A stretch of DNA of 64,000 nucleotides, from NCBI RefSeq assembly GCF_963921235.1, contig NC_086097.1, positions 218,490,001-218,554,000 of the forward strand, read 5' to 3'. Origin of the DNA: Mobula hypostoma. Lineage: Eukaryota. Below, piece after piece: positions 13,001-27,194 of this stretch; position 1 is the stretch's first letter, and each line of letters opens with the position of its first letter. A program made the position numbers and the translations under genes. The notes under the pieces are model-generated. The model did not search any database. It was not told where the DNA came from and saw only the letters and a list, made by a program, of their open reading frames with translations.

Positions 13001-14889
13001 TATAATTCCTCCATATATACACATAGGTACTGTATATTCCTCAGTGATCACTGTGGATGCATTGCAGAAATCTGAAGGTCCCTGACTTAAATCTGAAATA
13101 TATAGTTTAAGTCAATGAACAAATAAGCAATAACAATATTATGTTTCATTTTGTTCTTGTATATAACATGAACATTTGGCACATGTCCATTGACCCAAGC
13201 CTTAGTTATCTTTGTTACTATTTTGGGTGCATAAGCATGATCTGGTTTTATACTTGTGGTGAGCAAAGCTTCCAAAATATGTTGGATGATTGCAACTCTG
13301 GGTATTTTAAAGCTTGTTTCAGTCCAAGCTGATTTCCTGGAATTTTTAGTTCATGTGGCTTGTTACAAGTCGGATGTACAATATTTCATTTTTCTACTAT
13401 TTGAAAGAAGATGCTTGAAACATTCTTGGTTATAATGTAATCATTGACATGGGACACATGGTCATTGATTTAGTTCATTTTGATGAATTTCTTACTCTGG
13501 AGTTCTTTTGCAACAAAATATTCTTGAAACAGCTGGGGACATTTGATTTAAGTAACCTGTGCTTGTAAAGATGGTGAAACAGTTGATGTTTGCCATGATT
13601 ACTGCATAAATCTGACAGCAATTTTTAGGATTTCTTAGCTTTGTTGTTTATGAAGCCTTTTCCATTGCAAATTCAATTGAATTTATCAAAGAGCTAACAA
13701 ATTTACGGATGGGTAATAGTTAAAGTGGTGACATTGACTGCAATAAGGCCCTTGACGAGGCCCCACAGAGGAGATTGGTCCAAAAATTTAGAGCTCATGA
13801 GAATCAGAGAAATTTGGCAAATTGGATCCAAAATTGTCTTAGTGATAAAGGACAGAGGAGGAGGAGAGCATGGTTGCTTTGGTTGCTGGAAACCTGTGAC
13901 AACCCCTGTGGTGTGCATCAGGGATTGGTGATGGAACTCTCATATATGTTAACAATTTGGATGTGATATTGGAGGTACGATTGGTAAGTTTGCAGATGAA
14001 ACAAAAATTAATGGTATTGTAGATAAGGAATGTCCTTTGTTACACCGTAATACAGGAAACTACAGCATTACCAAATGGTTGTATTCTTAGAAAACTATTT
14101 ATATCACTAGTTTCTGTAGTCCAAACCCAATTTTCAGCATTGAATCCCGTGATAATTAACATGGTCTGTTCCTATGGGTTCAAATGATTCAATTTAACAT
14201 TAGAGAATGTATACAGTATACAACCTGAAATTCTTACTCTTCACAGACATCCGTGAAACTAGAAAGCCCACAGAATGAATGATAGGATCATCAGAACCCC
14301 AAAGGCCCCCTCTGCCCTGGGATATTTTTTTTCTCTTATTAAGCCATATTTTTGGCAATGATAAAGTGACCCACTGCTGAGACCAACATTAGACCCAAAG
14401 GTAGACAAGGGTCATGCAAAAGAATCAACAGATTTTTTCAATTTTTAGTCACTCAGTACTTTGAGGCAATAGGATGCCAACATATCCATTGGGTTGGGTG
14501 TCACAGCCAAGTCCGTTCTTCGCCACCCTGCTCCCACCCGGGAACATGTGAACTGATGTCTCAGTGCAGGGGTGAGACATTTTCTCGAATGCGCAATGTT
14601 TGTGGATCAGGAAAAAGGTCTAGGAAGTGGGGGTATCAGGGAAGGGGATGGGATTTGAAGATTGAGGTTCAAGGGAGAAAGGTGATATAGGAGGAGTTCA
14701 GAAGGAGTCAAGCATGCTGACTTAGTGGAAGTGGAGTAAAGGCCCATGAATTACTTTAATTACTTTTAAGAAGCTGGCCTCTGACACTCCACAATGCAGA
14801 TTCATTTTCACCTTTCATTTCTGGCTGTCTGTTGGTGCTTTAAATGGAGGTTCAAGGTGTAGAGCGACTGTGAGGAAGGATAGGTAGTG

Positions 14890-15268
14890 GATAGGAGGTG
14901 ATCTGATGGAGGTGTATAAGATGATGAGAGGCATTGATCGTGTGGATAGCCAGATGCTCTTTCCCAGGGCTGAAATGGCTGGCATGAGAGGGGGCATAGT
15001 TTTAAGATGCTTAGAAGTAGATGTCAGAGGTAAGTTTTTCACACAGTGAGTGGTGGGTGCGTGGAATACACTTCCAGCGATGGTGGTGGAGGCGGACAGA
15101 ATAGGGTCTTTTAAGAGACTCTTAGATAGGTACATGGAGCTTAGAAAAATAGAGGGCAATGTGGTCGGGTAATTCTAGGCAGGTTCTAGAGTAGGTTACA
15201 TGGTCAGCAAAGTACTGTGGGCTGAAGGGCCCATAATTTGCTGTAGATTAATATGTTCTATGTTCTAT
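14890..15268 (+). mobile_element. CR1 3' fragment
   Basis: GDLMEVYKMMRGIDRVDSQ, 3' UTR, tatgttctatgttctatg tail. Confidence 0.85.
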
Positions 15269-15624
15269 GATAGGGTATACATGCCGTCAGTTGGATGGGT
15301 TGAAATGTGTTCATTTTAGTGCAAGGATTATCAGGAACAAGAATGATAGATAGATATTTTATTGATATAAAATATTAGAAGCGAAGTAGGAAGAAAAAAT
15401 AAGTTACCTCAAACAGCAGTCTAATGGAGTGGGGGTGGGTGTGGGGAGTTCATCACTTCCCCAGCTTTAGGTTGACTCATTTTAGCGCCTAATGGCTGAA
15501 GGTAAGAATGACCTATCTTTGGAACAGTACAGCTGTCTTAGTCTATTTCAAAAAATGCTCCTTTGTTCAGCCATGGTGGCATGCAGAGGTAAGAAACATT
15601 GTCCAGAATTGCCAGGATTTTCTG

Positions 15625-16868
15625 GAGGGGCGACCTTTTTGAACAGAGGTAAGGAGGGATTTTTTTAGCCAGAGAGTAGTGAATCTGTGGAATACTCTGC
15701 CACAGACTGTAGTGGAGGCCAAATCCATGGGTATATTTAAGATGGAAGTTGATTGTTTCCTGATTGATCAGGGCATCAAAGGATATGGCGAGAGGTAGGT
15801 TTAGGGGGTTGAGTGGGATCTGGGATCAGCCATAATGGAATGGTGGAGCAGACTCGATGGGCTGAATGGCCTAATTCTGCTCCTATGTCTTATGGTCTAA
15901 AACTGATTATTACTTAATAGAGAAATGTATCAGCATAGAATAGCCTAATGTGCTGGAACATGTTGAGGCAGTGTTGGAACTTGGATGAGGAAGTGGAAAG
16001 GTGGGTTGGTAAGTCTGCAGATGACACAAAAGTTGGTGATGTTCTAGATAGCGCTGAAGGTTCTTGTAGGTTACAACAGGACATTGACATGATGCAGGAC
16101 TAGACTGCGAAGTGGCAGATGGAACTCAATCTTGAAAAGTATGAAGTGATAAACTTGGAAGATTGAACTTGAAGGCAGAGAACAAATTTAATGGCAGGAC
16201 TTTTAGCATTGTGGAGTTACAGAGGGATCTTGGGGTCCAGTTCCTCAATTTTGCCATGCAAGTTGATAGGGAAGTTAAGAAGGCATATGGTGTGTTGACA
16301 TTCATTAGTCAGGGGATTGAATTCAAGAGACATGAGGTAATGTTGCTCTATAAAACTCTAGTTAGACCACAAGAATGTGGAAGCTTTGGAGAGGGTGCAA
16401 AGAAGACTTACCAGGATGCTGCCTGGATTAGAGAGCATGGCTTGTGAGGATAGGCTGAGTGAGCTAGGGCTTTTCTCTCTGCAGTGAAGGAGAATGAGAG
16501 GGAACTTGACAGAGGTGTATGAGATGATAAGAGGCAGAGATAGTGTGGACAGCAGCATTTTTCTCCTAAGACAGCAATAGCCACTACCTGAGCACATAGA
16601 TTTAAGTTGATTGGAGGAAAGTATAGGGGGTGCAATGCCAGAGGTAGGTTTTTACAAAAAGTGGTAAGTGGATGGAACACGCTGTTGTGGGTCGTGGTAG
16701 AGGCATTAGGGATGTTTAAGAGATTCTTAGATAGGCGCAGTGATGAAAGAAAAATAGTAGATCATGAGGGAGGAAAAGGTTAGATTGATCTTGGAGGAGG
16801 TTAAATGAACAGCACAGCATCATAGGCTGAAGGGCATGTACTGTGCTGTACCTGTTTTATGTTCTATG
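15625..16868 (+). mobile_element. Two CR1 fragments (15625-15898 and 15980-16868)
   Basis: CR1 3' UTRs and ADDTK / QRDLGV / YKTLVRP motifs. Confidence 0.8.
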
Positions 16869-17306
16869 TAGTATGATTGAACATTGGTAATGGCCTATAG
16901 CATGAGGGGATAGCATGTTTCCAGCTATTGATGGGATCTTAGTATTGAGATGATTAAGATTGGAGATTATGGAGGGGATGAATGGCGAAGTGCGAGTGAA
17001 CTTTACTCTTTCTAATGAGGAATAAAACTCACTCAGAATGCCACAATGTGGTAAGTTGGGGACATGCTTTTATTTCTTCCTTCTCAGCCCTTAACCAGAC
17101 TTGTCTTGTTTGTCATGGTACTTCACCTACAAGTCCACCCTGACACGCCAGCTTCTTCAGCTAGAATAGAAGGGAATTCTACTGCTTGACCTCCAAAATG
17201 GTTGTCATTAAGTAACTGGGGGACAGTTCAAGGGAAAAACAGGTAGGAGACTTTAGCTCACAGAAAGGCAAGACTGCAATTGTTGCTCCTTTATATTGTC
17301 TTCCAG

Positions 17307-18845
17307 TCAAGATGGTGTTTGTGTACAAAGCTCCTTCGGTCGATATCTTCTGGACAAACCATGTGCAAACCTCTCACCTGCACTCGTATACAAATTTGGC
17401 TCGTTAGCTAACTCAGTGGTGAGAAGGTCACCTTCCATAAGCACACATGTCTGGGGTCAGTATGATTTGGGTTCAACCAAACAGGAAAGTTGGAACGCTC
17501 TGGAGAGGAACATTGATTGTAGGGAATGCTATGAAAATACTGCCCAGTGCAAAGTTATCATTTGCCAAAAAAAAAGGCAGACTGTACACTGGCATAAAAT
17601 TACAAATGAAATATATTTATCAATATTTCAACTTTAACAAACAGCTAACAGAAAAAAAAGAAAAATAAAAGGGCCCATTTCAGCTAAAACAGTCCAATGT
17701 GCACATGAACATTGGAGCTCATTTCTAAAGTAGATGGGTGCATTGCTTTACCCAAGCGCTGAACCCACGTTCTAAATTCCCACAAAGACCACCTCGAATA
17801 AACTTACTAACTAAGGAGTATTAGCTCTTCTTCCTTTGAATCACTTGACTGCACAAAGCACTTCTTACAACGGGGTCTCCTGTGAGCGGCATTCTGCAGC
17901 ATCTTCCCTTGTGCTTCACTCCACAGCTCCTGCCAAAAGACCCCAAACCAGACTACCGTCCTTCAGAAATCTGATCCTGCCTAGCTCTCTCAAATCTTCC
18001 ATTGCATCCCACTCGGAAGAAAGTTACAACACATACCAAGACAAAGCTGACTGGCTGATACAATATTGCTAAGTTGGACAAAATGACTCTTTATCTTTAG
18101 CCGAAGCCAAAACACTCTTACTAACAGGACACACTGCTTTTGCAGAAAACTGCTAAAATAAAAATACCTCACAGCATAGCAGTAGAAACCTTAACCAGGG
18201 CACTGCACACAAAAGTATTTATTCCACTTCTTTTACATCTTTTACATCTGTTTTTCATCTTGAATGTGTTTCTGGAACTGCCAGAGCCTGCATTTTCCAG
18301 TTTGGGGATCAATTGAGTGATCCCACGTTTTGCTGTCTCCGTGAAGATTCTCGGAATCAGTGAATGTGAACCTTGAGGCAAAGAAACTATAAGACTCCAT
18401 TTCACTGATTGAAGCATCGAGGTGAATATGGAGGGTGAGCACTGATGGCCTTCTGATCACTGGTGGGATCGCTCTGCTGCCTATCGCTGTACCCGATATA
18501 TCTCTCTTTTGCCAGTGCAGGTGGATGTTACCAAAGTTTCTACGTATGGATTTTGGACTATGGACTTCATTTTTCAGTCTTACGGATTTTATATTCCGTG
18601 TTTTCACTGTTCTTTCTCAATGTTTTTGTGTGGAGGGTGAGATTTGATGGTTGATGTTCTTGTGACATTTTGTGCGGGGAAGTGGTGTCTGCGTGTCAAT
18701 TTTTCCAGTTGCATTTTTGTTAGATATTTGTGTGGTGGGAGGGGGATTTGGAGGCCAATGCTCTTGTTGCATTTCATGCGAGGAGAGAGGGGTTTGGAGG
18801 GCTGACGATCGTGTTGTTTTTGCTGGCCATGACAGACAGAGTGCA
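17307..18845 (+). mobile_element. Non-autonomous LINE-derived element, interrupted by a solo LTR
   Basis: The 5' end gtcaagatggtg..tgtacaa and the resumption at 18208 both align with the reverse complement of the 20357-21085 element. Confidence 0.6.
17364..18207. mobile_element. Putative solo LTR (844 bp)
   Basis: TGCA...TGCA termini; flanks CATG (17360-17363) and CACA (18208-18211) fit a CpG-decayed CACG 4 bp TSD; splits the host element cleanly. Confidence 0.6.
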
Positions 18846-19130
18846 GGTTCATAATCTGTAGCCCTTTGTTGACTTCGCAATTGCCTCCCGGCCTCCATCT
18901 ATCTCCACCCTCCCTCCTCCACCTGGCTCCATCTGTTACAACCACCCCACCCCACCCCCCCCCACAACCAGAGTCCAGCTATGACTTATCACCTTCTACT
19001 TCACCCCTCACTCTCACTTCTTTATACAGGTTCTCCCCTGCCTCCCTTGCACTCTCAGCCCTGATGCAGCGTCTCACCCCTCTAACGTCAACTACCCCTT
19101 TGCCTCCACAGATGCTGCCTGCCACAGATG
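18845..19130 (+). mobile_element. Decayed Penelope 3' / pLTR fragment
   Basis: Pyrimidine-rich PLE 3' region, degenerate hammerhead (cagccCTGATGCAG...AACGTCaact) and agatgctgcctg. Confidence 0.6.
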
Positions 19131-20356
19131 CAGCCTATTTTTTTGACTGAAGTAGAACAAGAAGCTGCTTTATTAATTGCAACTGACTCTCGAATATTTG
19201 AATTAAAGGATATAGGTTTATATAACTCACTGGCCAAAGACAAGGAGCCAAATACAAAACCTTCCAAAATTAAAAGCATCAGGTACTTGCGGGATGTGCC
19301 TCATTCCCAGTGTCGACCACTGGGAAAAGCGGATTGATTTAGCGAAGCAGCTTCTGAATGTTTCCACATCTGAATGATTTGGAAACAGATAGATGTGTGT
19401 TCATAATCTGATCAGAAGGCTAGAGTTGTTCTCAATTAGAAGGGAACCGCTGTCAAGACCCCTTTCACGGGCTGTGATGAGGTCTAACTGGTCGAACTGG
19501 GTCATAGTCATCCTGCAAACAAATATTCTGTTCCATGGCACTTGCAACAGGAAGCTGCTGGAATCCTTTGCAGCATCAGTGGTGGGGGCAGAGGTCGAGC
19601 TGCAGTCTCATTCACAGACACTGGGATGGCACAAGGCCCAGACTCTATCTGTGAGTGCTGTCACTGCAGATTTTAATTTCCATCGTGATGCAGATCAGAT
19701 GTTATAAGGCTTTTTCTTTCACTGGAGCCAGTTCCCTTATGTGAGCCAAAAACATGTTATGTGAAAACAACAGAAAAAAAAATCGGAACTAGTTTCCTAG
19801 CAAATTGAAGACCCTATTCAATTATAATTCACATTTTCCACTTCTGTGTATGTGCATCTATGTCTGTGTTTTATATATAGGATTATTTACATTATCCTGT
19901 ATGTCCACTGAAAAGAAAATTTAGGCTTTAAAACCTTTTGAAGTGTGACGCTTACGGTTTAAGTGAAACTGATTGGCCCTGCACTTTGCCAATACTGTGG
20001 TCAGGGTCCTGCTGTTTTAGACATTGACAAATTTCTCCAGTTCAGTAGCACAGGAGGAGGGTTCTGATCTTCACTAACTAGGGTCCTGGGGTTTAGCAGC
20101 CTTAGTAAATATAGGACTGAGCCCTTTCTTCCAGCCTGAATTTCAGACTCTTGCTTTCTTTTTTTTTACTATTTGACATCTATTGTTTCACAGTCATCTT
20201 ATAAAGCAATCTCTGACATTTTTCTGCGCGAGAAATAGCAATGCACATTGTTGTAGTTCTGCTTCTGATCCTGTCATTCCAGATCAAATGCTCACAAATT
20301 CTTTGGATGGAATTGTAATATGTAATGTGGACAAACTGGTTTGTCTACATTACATG

Positions 20357-21085
20357 TTCAAAGGTTCATTTATTATCAAAGGATACAACTCCGAAATACT
20401 TCTTCTCCAGATCGCCACAAAAACAAGAAAGAAAAGAATGGCACCATGATCATCAGCCCCCAAGTTAACCCTTTCCTCCCACAAAAAAAACACTAACAAA
20501 ATTGGAATAGACACATTGACCCCCAACCCCTCTGAGAAAGATTGGGCGAAAAACATAGAATATAAAAAAACCATACAACTGAAAATAGATCTATTGTCCA
20601 TAGTCAAAGTCCATATCCATAATCAAAATGCAGCAAACCTGGGTAACATTCTTCGGGCATAGTGGCAGGTCACGCAGTCTCCCTTCTCCGGTAGCAGAGC
20701 GATCCCAGCAGTGATCAAAAGGCAGTCTCCCCTCTCCGTGGCAGAGTGATCCCCAGCAATCAAAAGGCAGCCCGGTGCTTACGTTCTGCATTTACCTTGT
20801 TGTTTCAATTTCCCTCGTCACTTTAATCGGTGAACAATGGAGTCAAACATCGACTCACACCCATCTCACAGTCTGCTCGCTGCCTTTGTCTCCCGGAATC
20901 CTCTCGGAGATAGCAAACCGCTGGATCACCCAAATGATCTTCAAACTGCAAATCACAGGCTCCACCAGTTCCAAGAATCACATTCAAGATGAGAAGCAGA
21001 CATAAAAGAAGTGAAATAAATAGTTTCATAGTCTATCCAGAAGCTGTCGACTGTGGGAGCATTGTACACAGGCACCATCTTGACC
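20357..21085 (-). mobile_element. Non-autonomous LINE-derived element with Rex1/Babar-type tail
   Basis: gttcaaaggttcatttatt tail; caccatcttgacc 5' end; internal ~47 bp tandem duplication at ~20674-20770; no ORF. Confidence 0.6.
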
Positions 21086-21629
21086 GGTTAGTAGCTGGTT
21101 TGAAAGTTCATAGGCCATGAGAGGTTGGATGAACTTCAATTGTTTTCTTTGGAGAGTCCGAGGTTGAGGGGAAACATGAAAGAAGAATATCTAATTGTTG
21201 GGGTAGATAGTCAGAGTCAATTATGCAGTGGACCTGATTGAAATCCCCTCCTCTCCAAGCTTCCGATATCCGGATAGGCCACTGGTCAAAGCACAGAGTC
21301 AATGTGATAGCACTATTTAAGAGCCATTGAAACAGGCACATGAATAGGCAGGGAATAGAGGGAGATGGAATTAGATAAATGGCATCATGCTTGACACAGA
21401 CATGGTCAGCCTAAGGCTCAGTTCTGGTGCTGTACTGTACTGTTCTATGTTCGGTATAAGATAGAACATTGTAGCACAGTTCAGGCCCTTTGGCTCACAA
21501 TGTTGTGCCACCTTTGAGCTTACTCCAAGATTAATATAACACTTTCCTCCCACATAATCCTCCATCTTTCGTGCAAATGAATCACTATCTCCCTCTTTAG
21601 TTTGAATTAAATGACCAGATCTTTGACAT

Positions 21630-21696
21630 CAAGGTTTCCATAGACCCCTTGCTTAATGGTATTGGTCCATGGCATAAAAGAAGTTGGAAACCCCTG
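21630..21696. mobile_element. Small hAT-like MITE
   Basis: Ends caaggtttcca / gttggaaacccctg; 8 bp flanks tttgacat and ttttacac (6/8 match). Confidence 0.5.
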
Positions 21697-22612
21697 TTTT
21701 ACACAAATAAGAGACAAATGCAACCATTTGAAGAACCTTTTCCCTTTAACATCACATAATAATTATTAGTTTTATATTGATGATTTGCCGTTTAGTTTCT
21801 CAGGTTGAGTAGAATTCATAGGGTCTTAGAGTTATACTGAGCTAGTCCCATTTCGAATAGTACAATTGTACCTGGCTTGACTAAATTTTCTAATAGCTTA
21901 CACAACATACCCTCCACCTGCTTTGTGGAAAACTTGCCCCTCAGGTTCTCTTTTGTATGCTGAAGTTTACTATCATTGTCATTATTCTCAGTATGCCGTT
22001 ATTACAAGTTATACAGTAATAGAAGTCAACAAGGTTCATACAACTGTTTGCAATTATCTCAAGTGCTGGGGCCATGTGAAATAATGCCCTTTAAATAGAA
22101 GCAATAGATATTCTGCTGGCAAATCTCAATGAGTTGAGCAGTGTCTGTGGGTGGAAAGGATTTGTCAACAGTTTGGGCTGAAACTCGATATCAACATTCA
22201 TGTCTCTTGTGTTTCCTTTTAAATAGAAATGTATTCTTCTGCAATAATTGAAAGTTTATCTTTGTCACTTCTTATTTTAATTATAGCTTTGAATCAACAT
22301 TATTAACCGAATGAAAATTAAATGTTTGTACCAATGAGAACTTTCTTTAATTAATAAATAGAGTCTGTCAACTTGAGAGAATGGGCAATGTTCCTTTTGT
22401 GTTAGTTTGCTTCTTTCTGGACAAAAGCACAATGTCTAGCATAGCAGTCCATGTAGTTGAAAATGTTAAAAGATTAAGGGGCAGAAAATATATTAGAAGT
22501 AAAAGAAAATAGTAAAGATAGTTTAATAACATTGAAATAATCAGGGTTATTTTTAAAATTTGAGAACACATGAGTTGTGCCATTTGTCAGTGAGTTCCTT
22601 TACTAAAATACA

Positions 22613-24350
22613 CACTCAGTGATCACTTTTATCAGGTACACCTTTACACAATGTTCATGCAAATATCTAATCAAGCAGTTATGACTTTGACAAGGTGCCA
22701 CACATGAGGCTACTTACCAAGATAAGAGCCCATGGAAAGTTACATACGCGGATAGAGCGTTGCCTGATTGGCAGGAAACAGAGAGTGGGAATAAAGGGAT
22801 CCTATTCTGGTTGGCTGCCAGTTACCAGTGGTGTTCCACAGGGATCAGTGTTGGGGCCGCTTCTTTTTACATTGTACATCAACGATTTGGATTATGGAAT
22901 AGATGGCTTTGTGGCTAAGTTTGCTGACGATACGAAGATAGGTGGAGGGGCCGGTAGTGCTGAGGGAACGGAGAGTCTGCAGAGAGGCTTGGATAGATTG
23001 GAAGAATGGGCAGGGAAGTGGCAAATGAAGTACAATGTTGGAAAGTGTATGGTTATGCACTTTGACAGAAAAATAAACGGGCAGACTATTATTTAAATGG
23101 GGAAAGAATTCAAAGTTCTGAGATGCAACAGGACTTGGGAGTCCTCATACAGGATACCCTTAAAGTTAACCTCCAGGTTGAGTCAGTACTGAAGAAGGCA
23201 AATGCAATGTTGGCGTTCATTTCTGGAGGAATAGAGTATAGGAGCAGGGATGTGATGTTGAGGCTCTATAAGGCGCTGGTGAGACCTCACTTGGAGTACT
23301 GTGGGCAGTTTTGGTCTCCTTATTTAAGAAAGGATGTGCTGACGTTGGAGAGGGTACAGAGAAGATTCACTAGAATGATTCTGGGAATGAGAGGGTTAAC
23401 ATATGAGGAACGTTTGTCCGCTCTTGGGCTGTATTCCTTGGAGTTTAGAAAAATGAGGGGAGACCTCATAGAAACATTTTGAATGTTGAAAGGCATGGAC
23501 AGAGTGGATGTGGCAAAGTTGTTTCCCATGATAGGGGAGTCTAGTACGAGAGGGCCTGACTTAAGGATTGAAGGGTGCCCATTCAGAACAGAAATGTGAA
23601 GAAATTTTTTTAGTCAGAGGGTGGTGAATCTATGGAATTTGTTGCCACAGGCAGCTGTGGAGGCCAAGTCATTGGGTGTATTTAAGGCAGAGATTGATAG
23701 GTATCTGAGTAGCCAGGGCATCAAAGGTTATGGTGAGAAGGCGGGGGAGTGGGACTAAATAGGAGAATGGATCAGCTCGTGATAAAATGGCGGAGCAGAA
23801 TCGATGGGCCGAATGGCCTACTTCTGCTCCTTTGTCTTAATGGTCTTATGGTCTTATGTAACAGCAACTCAAATCCATAAAAGCATGCAGACATGGTTAA
23901 GAGGTTCAGTTGTTTTTCAGACCAAACATTAGAATGGGGAAGAAGTGTGATCTAAGTGACTTTGACCTTGGAATGGTTATTGGTGCCAGGTGGGGTGGTT
24001 TGAGTATCTCAGAAAGTACTGATCTCCTGGGATTTTCATGCACAGCAGTCTCTAGGATTTACAGAAGATGGTGTAAATGTAAAAATAAACATCCAGTGAG
24101 CAGCAGTTCTGTGGGCAGAAATGCATTGTTCATGAGAAAGGTCAGAGGAGAGTGGCCAGACAGGTTCAAGCTGACAGGAAGTTGATAGTAACTCAAATAA
24201 CCACGAATTACAACAGTGGTGTGCAGAATAGTATCTCTGAATGCGCAATGTGTCAAACCTTGAAGTAGTTGGGCTGCAGCAGCAGAAGACCACGAACATC
24301 CACTCAGCGGCCACTTTACAGGAGGTACCTAATAAAGTGGCCACTGAGTG
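22613..24350 (+). mobile_element. Internally deleted Tc1-like DNA transposon, split by a CR1
   Basis: TIRs cactcagtgatcacttttatcaggtac / gtacctaataaagtggccactgagtg followed by TA; transposase N-terminal HTH MGKKCDLSDFDLGMVIGAR..GLSISE..DLLGFS..AVSRIY; a second right-end copy at ~24415-24527. Confidence 0.82.
22684..23858 (+). mobile_element. 5'-truncated CR1 nested in the Tc1 element
   Basis: ORFs 22695-23096 and 23123-23482 (GVPQGSVLGP, FADDTK, RPHLEYC); ggtcttatggtcttatg tail. Confidence 0.92.
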
Positions 24351-26409
24351 TACAAGGCAGTGACTACCCCCAGCAAGAGAGCCCAGTGACCTACTTTTAA
24401 CATTTAATGCCATAGCCAGAAGAGTATTTCTGAGCACACAACATGTCAAACCTTGAAGTGGATGTTCCGCAGCGTTAGGAGACTACCTGGGCACCACACC
24501 TGTATGTAATAAAGTGGCCTCTGAGTACACATACTTAATGATTTATTTAAATAAAACATGCATTAAAGCTCACAGTATAACTAACCCCAATGCAAAGTGA
24601 GTGCCATCTGAGTAGAGTAAGATTGTGACTCTGATCTGAATTGCAAGATTTCTATAGAAAAGTCGACATGTCAATGGAAAGCAACAATCATATAAGTATT
24701 AAGGGAGTCATTACGTTGGTAGGTGAAAACATGATACATGGGTGCTGAGCTTAAAAATACTATTTTAAATAAAAAATAGTCAAAGCTTGGGACTAATTGT
24801 TTAGCATACCTGGGGGACACTGAACACATACCCTACTGCTTTAGCATTTGTACTTTTAGATTGTGTGTGTGTGTAACTTACATCTGCTGAAGCCGGGAAC
24901 TGCAGTAGCTGCAGGACATCTCTAGATCCATTGAAGGAGACATGCAAGTATCCGTCCACAGCCCTAGAGCCCCTAGAAGGAGAGAAATACCCCGAAACTG
25001 CAGGTACTGGAGGCAAGTAGTCTCTCTGATTGCTGTTGATCCCCCCATCTGCAGCATTTTCTGCTGCTCATGTGGCCTTGTGGGATCTTTCCTTTCTTCC
25101 AATGGGCCAAATAATTTCTTAGCAAGGTGCATCTGACTCAGTGTTACCTGTTTGCTAATGACTCGTAGAACATGAAGGTATAGTAGTGAAACACAACACT
25201 TCCTTGGTGTTTTTAGGATAAACCACAGGGTCTGTCCAAGAATGATTAGATGTTCATAAATCTTGTCAAGGAAGTATGTAGATGAGGAAGACCCTTGCAG
25301 GATTTGCTTGTTATTTGTATACTGGAAGCAAGAAGAGATCTTCTGGTGATGTTCTGGCTTTGATCAGACAGGTGAGATCAGAATCAAGGAAGGGGAACTT
25401 AATGTGTTTGCACAATAGATCAGAGGCACTGGAGAAAGCTGCTTTGTTCTGCTAAGTCCAAAGGCTGACCAGAAGACACACAGAAAATACTTACAGTACT
25501 TTTGACAAAATAAGAAACATTGCCACTCCGTGGGGAGGATTTTATTGATGATAAGTGCAATACCTCTGGTCATGCATCTCCGAAGTGTACACTAAGATTA
25601 CAGGTCCAAGTTTATAATAGAGTAGTATTTAGCAAGGATTGAAGAGCTAAATGTATGTTTTGTTAGGAGGGAGTGTAGGTGGGGGAGAGGCAGGGAGTAT
25701 GTTGAAAGGAACAATCTTGGGGTCACTGATAAGGTCAATAGAATGGGAGCCAGGCAAATAACTTGAAAGGCCAACCAATTAATTAGAATGGGCCCAAGAT
25801 CCAAAATGCTGCTTTGTAATTGTCAAGGTGATCTTCGAGATGTTTGAGGAAGTTCAGAGTGAAACTAAAAATAAAGGCGTGAAATTATAATTAGTGCAGA
25901 TGGAATTCTGGAGTGAGGAGAATTATTTCAATGGCAAGGTAAGGATGTACAGGAGGGGGAGTAGGAATATTAGAGGAAACCACAAATGAATGAAAATTCT
26001 CAAATCTGGTTGCGACAATGTCTGTAAAAATTCAGCAGTTTTAGTTCCCAGTATGAAAACTGTGATTTAAGGGGGTCCAGTTTGAGGAATGGGGTTAAAT
26101 CTACAATCATGTTTGTTTGGAGTGGAGTCTTTAAAACTTGCAAAACAGCCTTCAACTATTTCTGATCTTTACCAATAGTGCATTTGCTTTCAACAGTGGC
26201 TTTGCTAATACAAATAAAATCTTGCTAAATGATTGGACTCTATGTACAATGACCACCACTGGAGAGTAATGTGTAGTAATTTTCAACTTCTGTCAGGGTG
26301 AAAGAGCACGTAAAGTCATAGAATTATAGACCATAGCGCATCTAGTCCGTGCCAAACTGTTATTCTGCCTGGTCTCATTGACCCATACCCGGACCCTCCC
26401 ATCCATGTG

Positions 26410-26945
26410 ATACCCATTTGGAGCACTGTGCTCAATTCTGGTTGCCTCACTACAGGAAAGATGTGGAAACCATAGAAAGGGTGCAGAGGAGATTTACAAG
26501 GATGTTGCCTGGATTGGGGAGCATGCCTTATGAAAACAGGTTGAGTGAACTCGGCCTTTTCTCCTTGGAGCGACAGAGGTGACCTGATAGAGGTGTACAA
26601 GATGATGAGAGGCATTGATCGTGTGGATAGTCAGAGGCTTTTTCCCAGGGCTGAAATGGCTAGCATGAGAGGACGTAGTTTTAAGGTGCTTGGAAGTAGG
26701 TACAGAGGAGATGTCAGGGGTAAATATTTTACGCAGAGAGTGCTGAGTGCATGGAATGGGCTGCCGGCGGCGGTGGTGGAGGTGGAAACGATAGGGTCTT
26801 TTAAGAGACTCCTGGATGACTACATGGTGCTTAGAAAAATAGAGAGTTATGGGTAAGCCTAGGTAGTTCTAAGGTAGGGACATGCTTGGCACAGCTTTGT
26901 GGGACACAGGGTCTGTATTGTGCTGTAGGTTTTCTTTGTTTCTAT
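26410..26945 (+). mobile_element. CR1 3' fragment, preceded by a minus-strand CR1 tail at ~26318-26408
   Basis: RGDLIEVYKMMRGIDRVDSQRLFP...FTQRV. Confidence 0.85.
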
Positions 26946-27194
26946 AATAGATTTGTCATTTTTAAAATAGATCACACTGGGAAAAGAAATTCAGCTGGGT
27001 GTATGATGGGTGGCAAATTTTTCTATCTCTATCAAAGTTAAAAAGTACTTTGGGGTAATATTTTGTTCAAAGAAGAGGGAACCCAAATATATTTTAGCAT
27101 TGCACATGAGTGACAGTCAAGAAGGAGCCTGTGCTGTAAGAATAGTGTCTCTGGTAGCTGCTGCAATTAATTTTCAGAAGTATATTCCCACTTA

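Noticed and set aside
24801..25136. Unique-looking stretch with short ORFs and a minus-strand GTAAGT donor at ~24881
   Set aside because: No recognisable protein or convincing acceptor; an antisense exon cannot be supported without RNA data.
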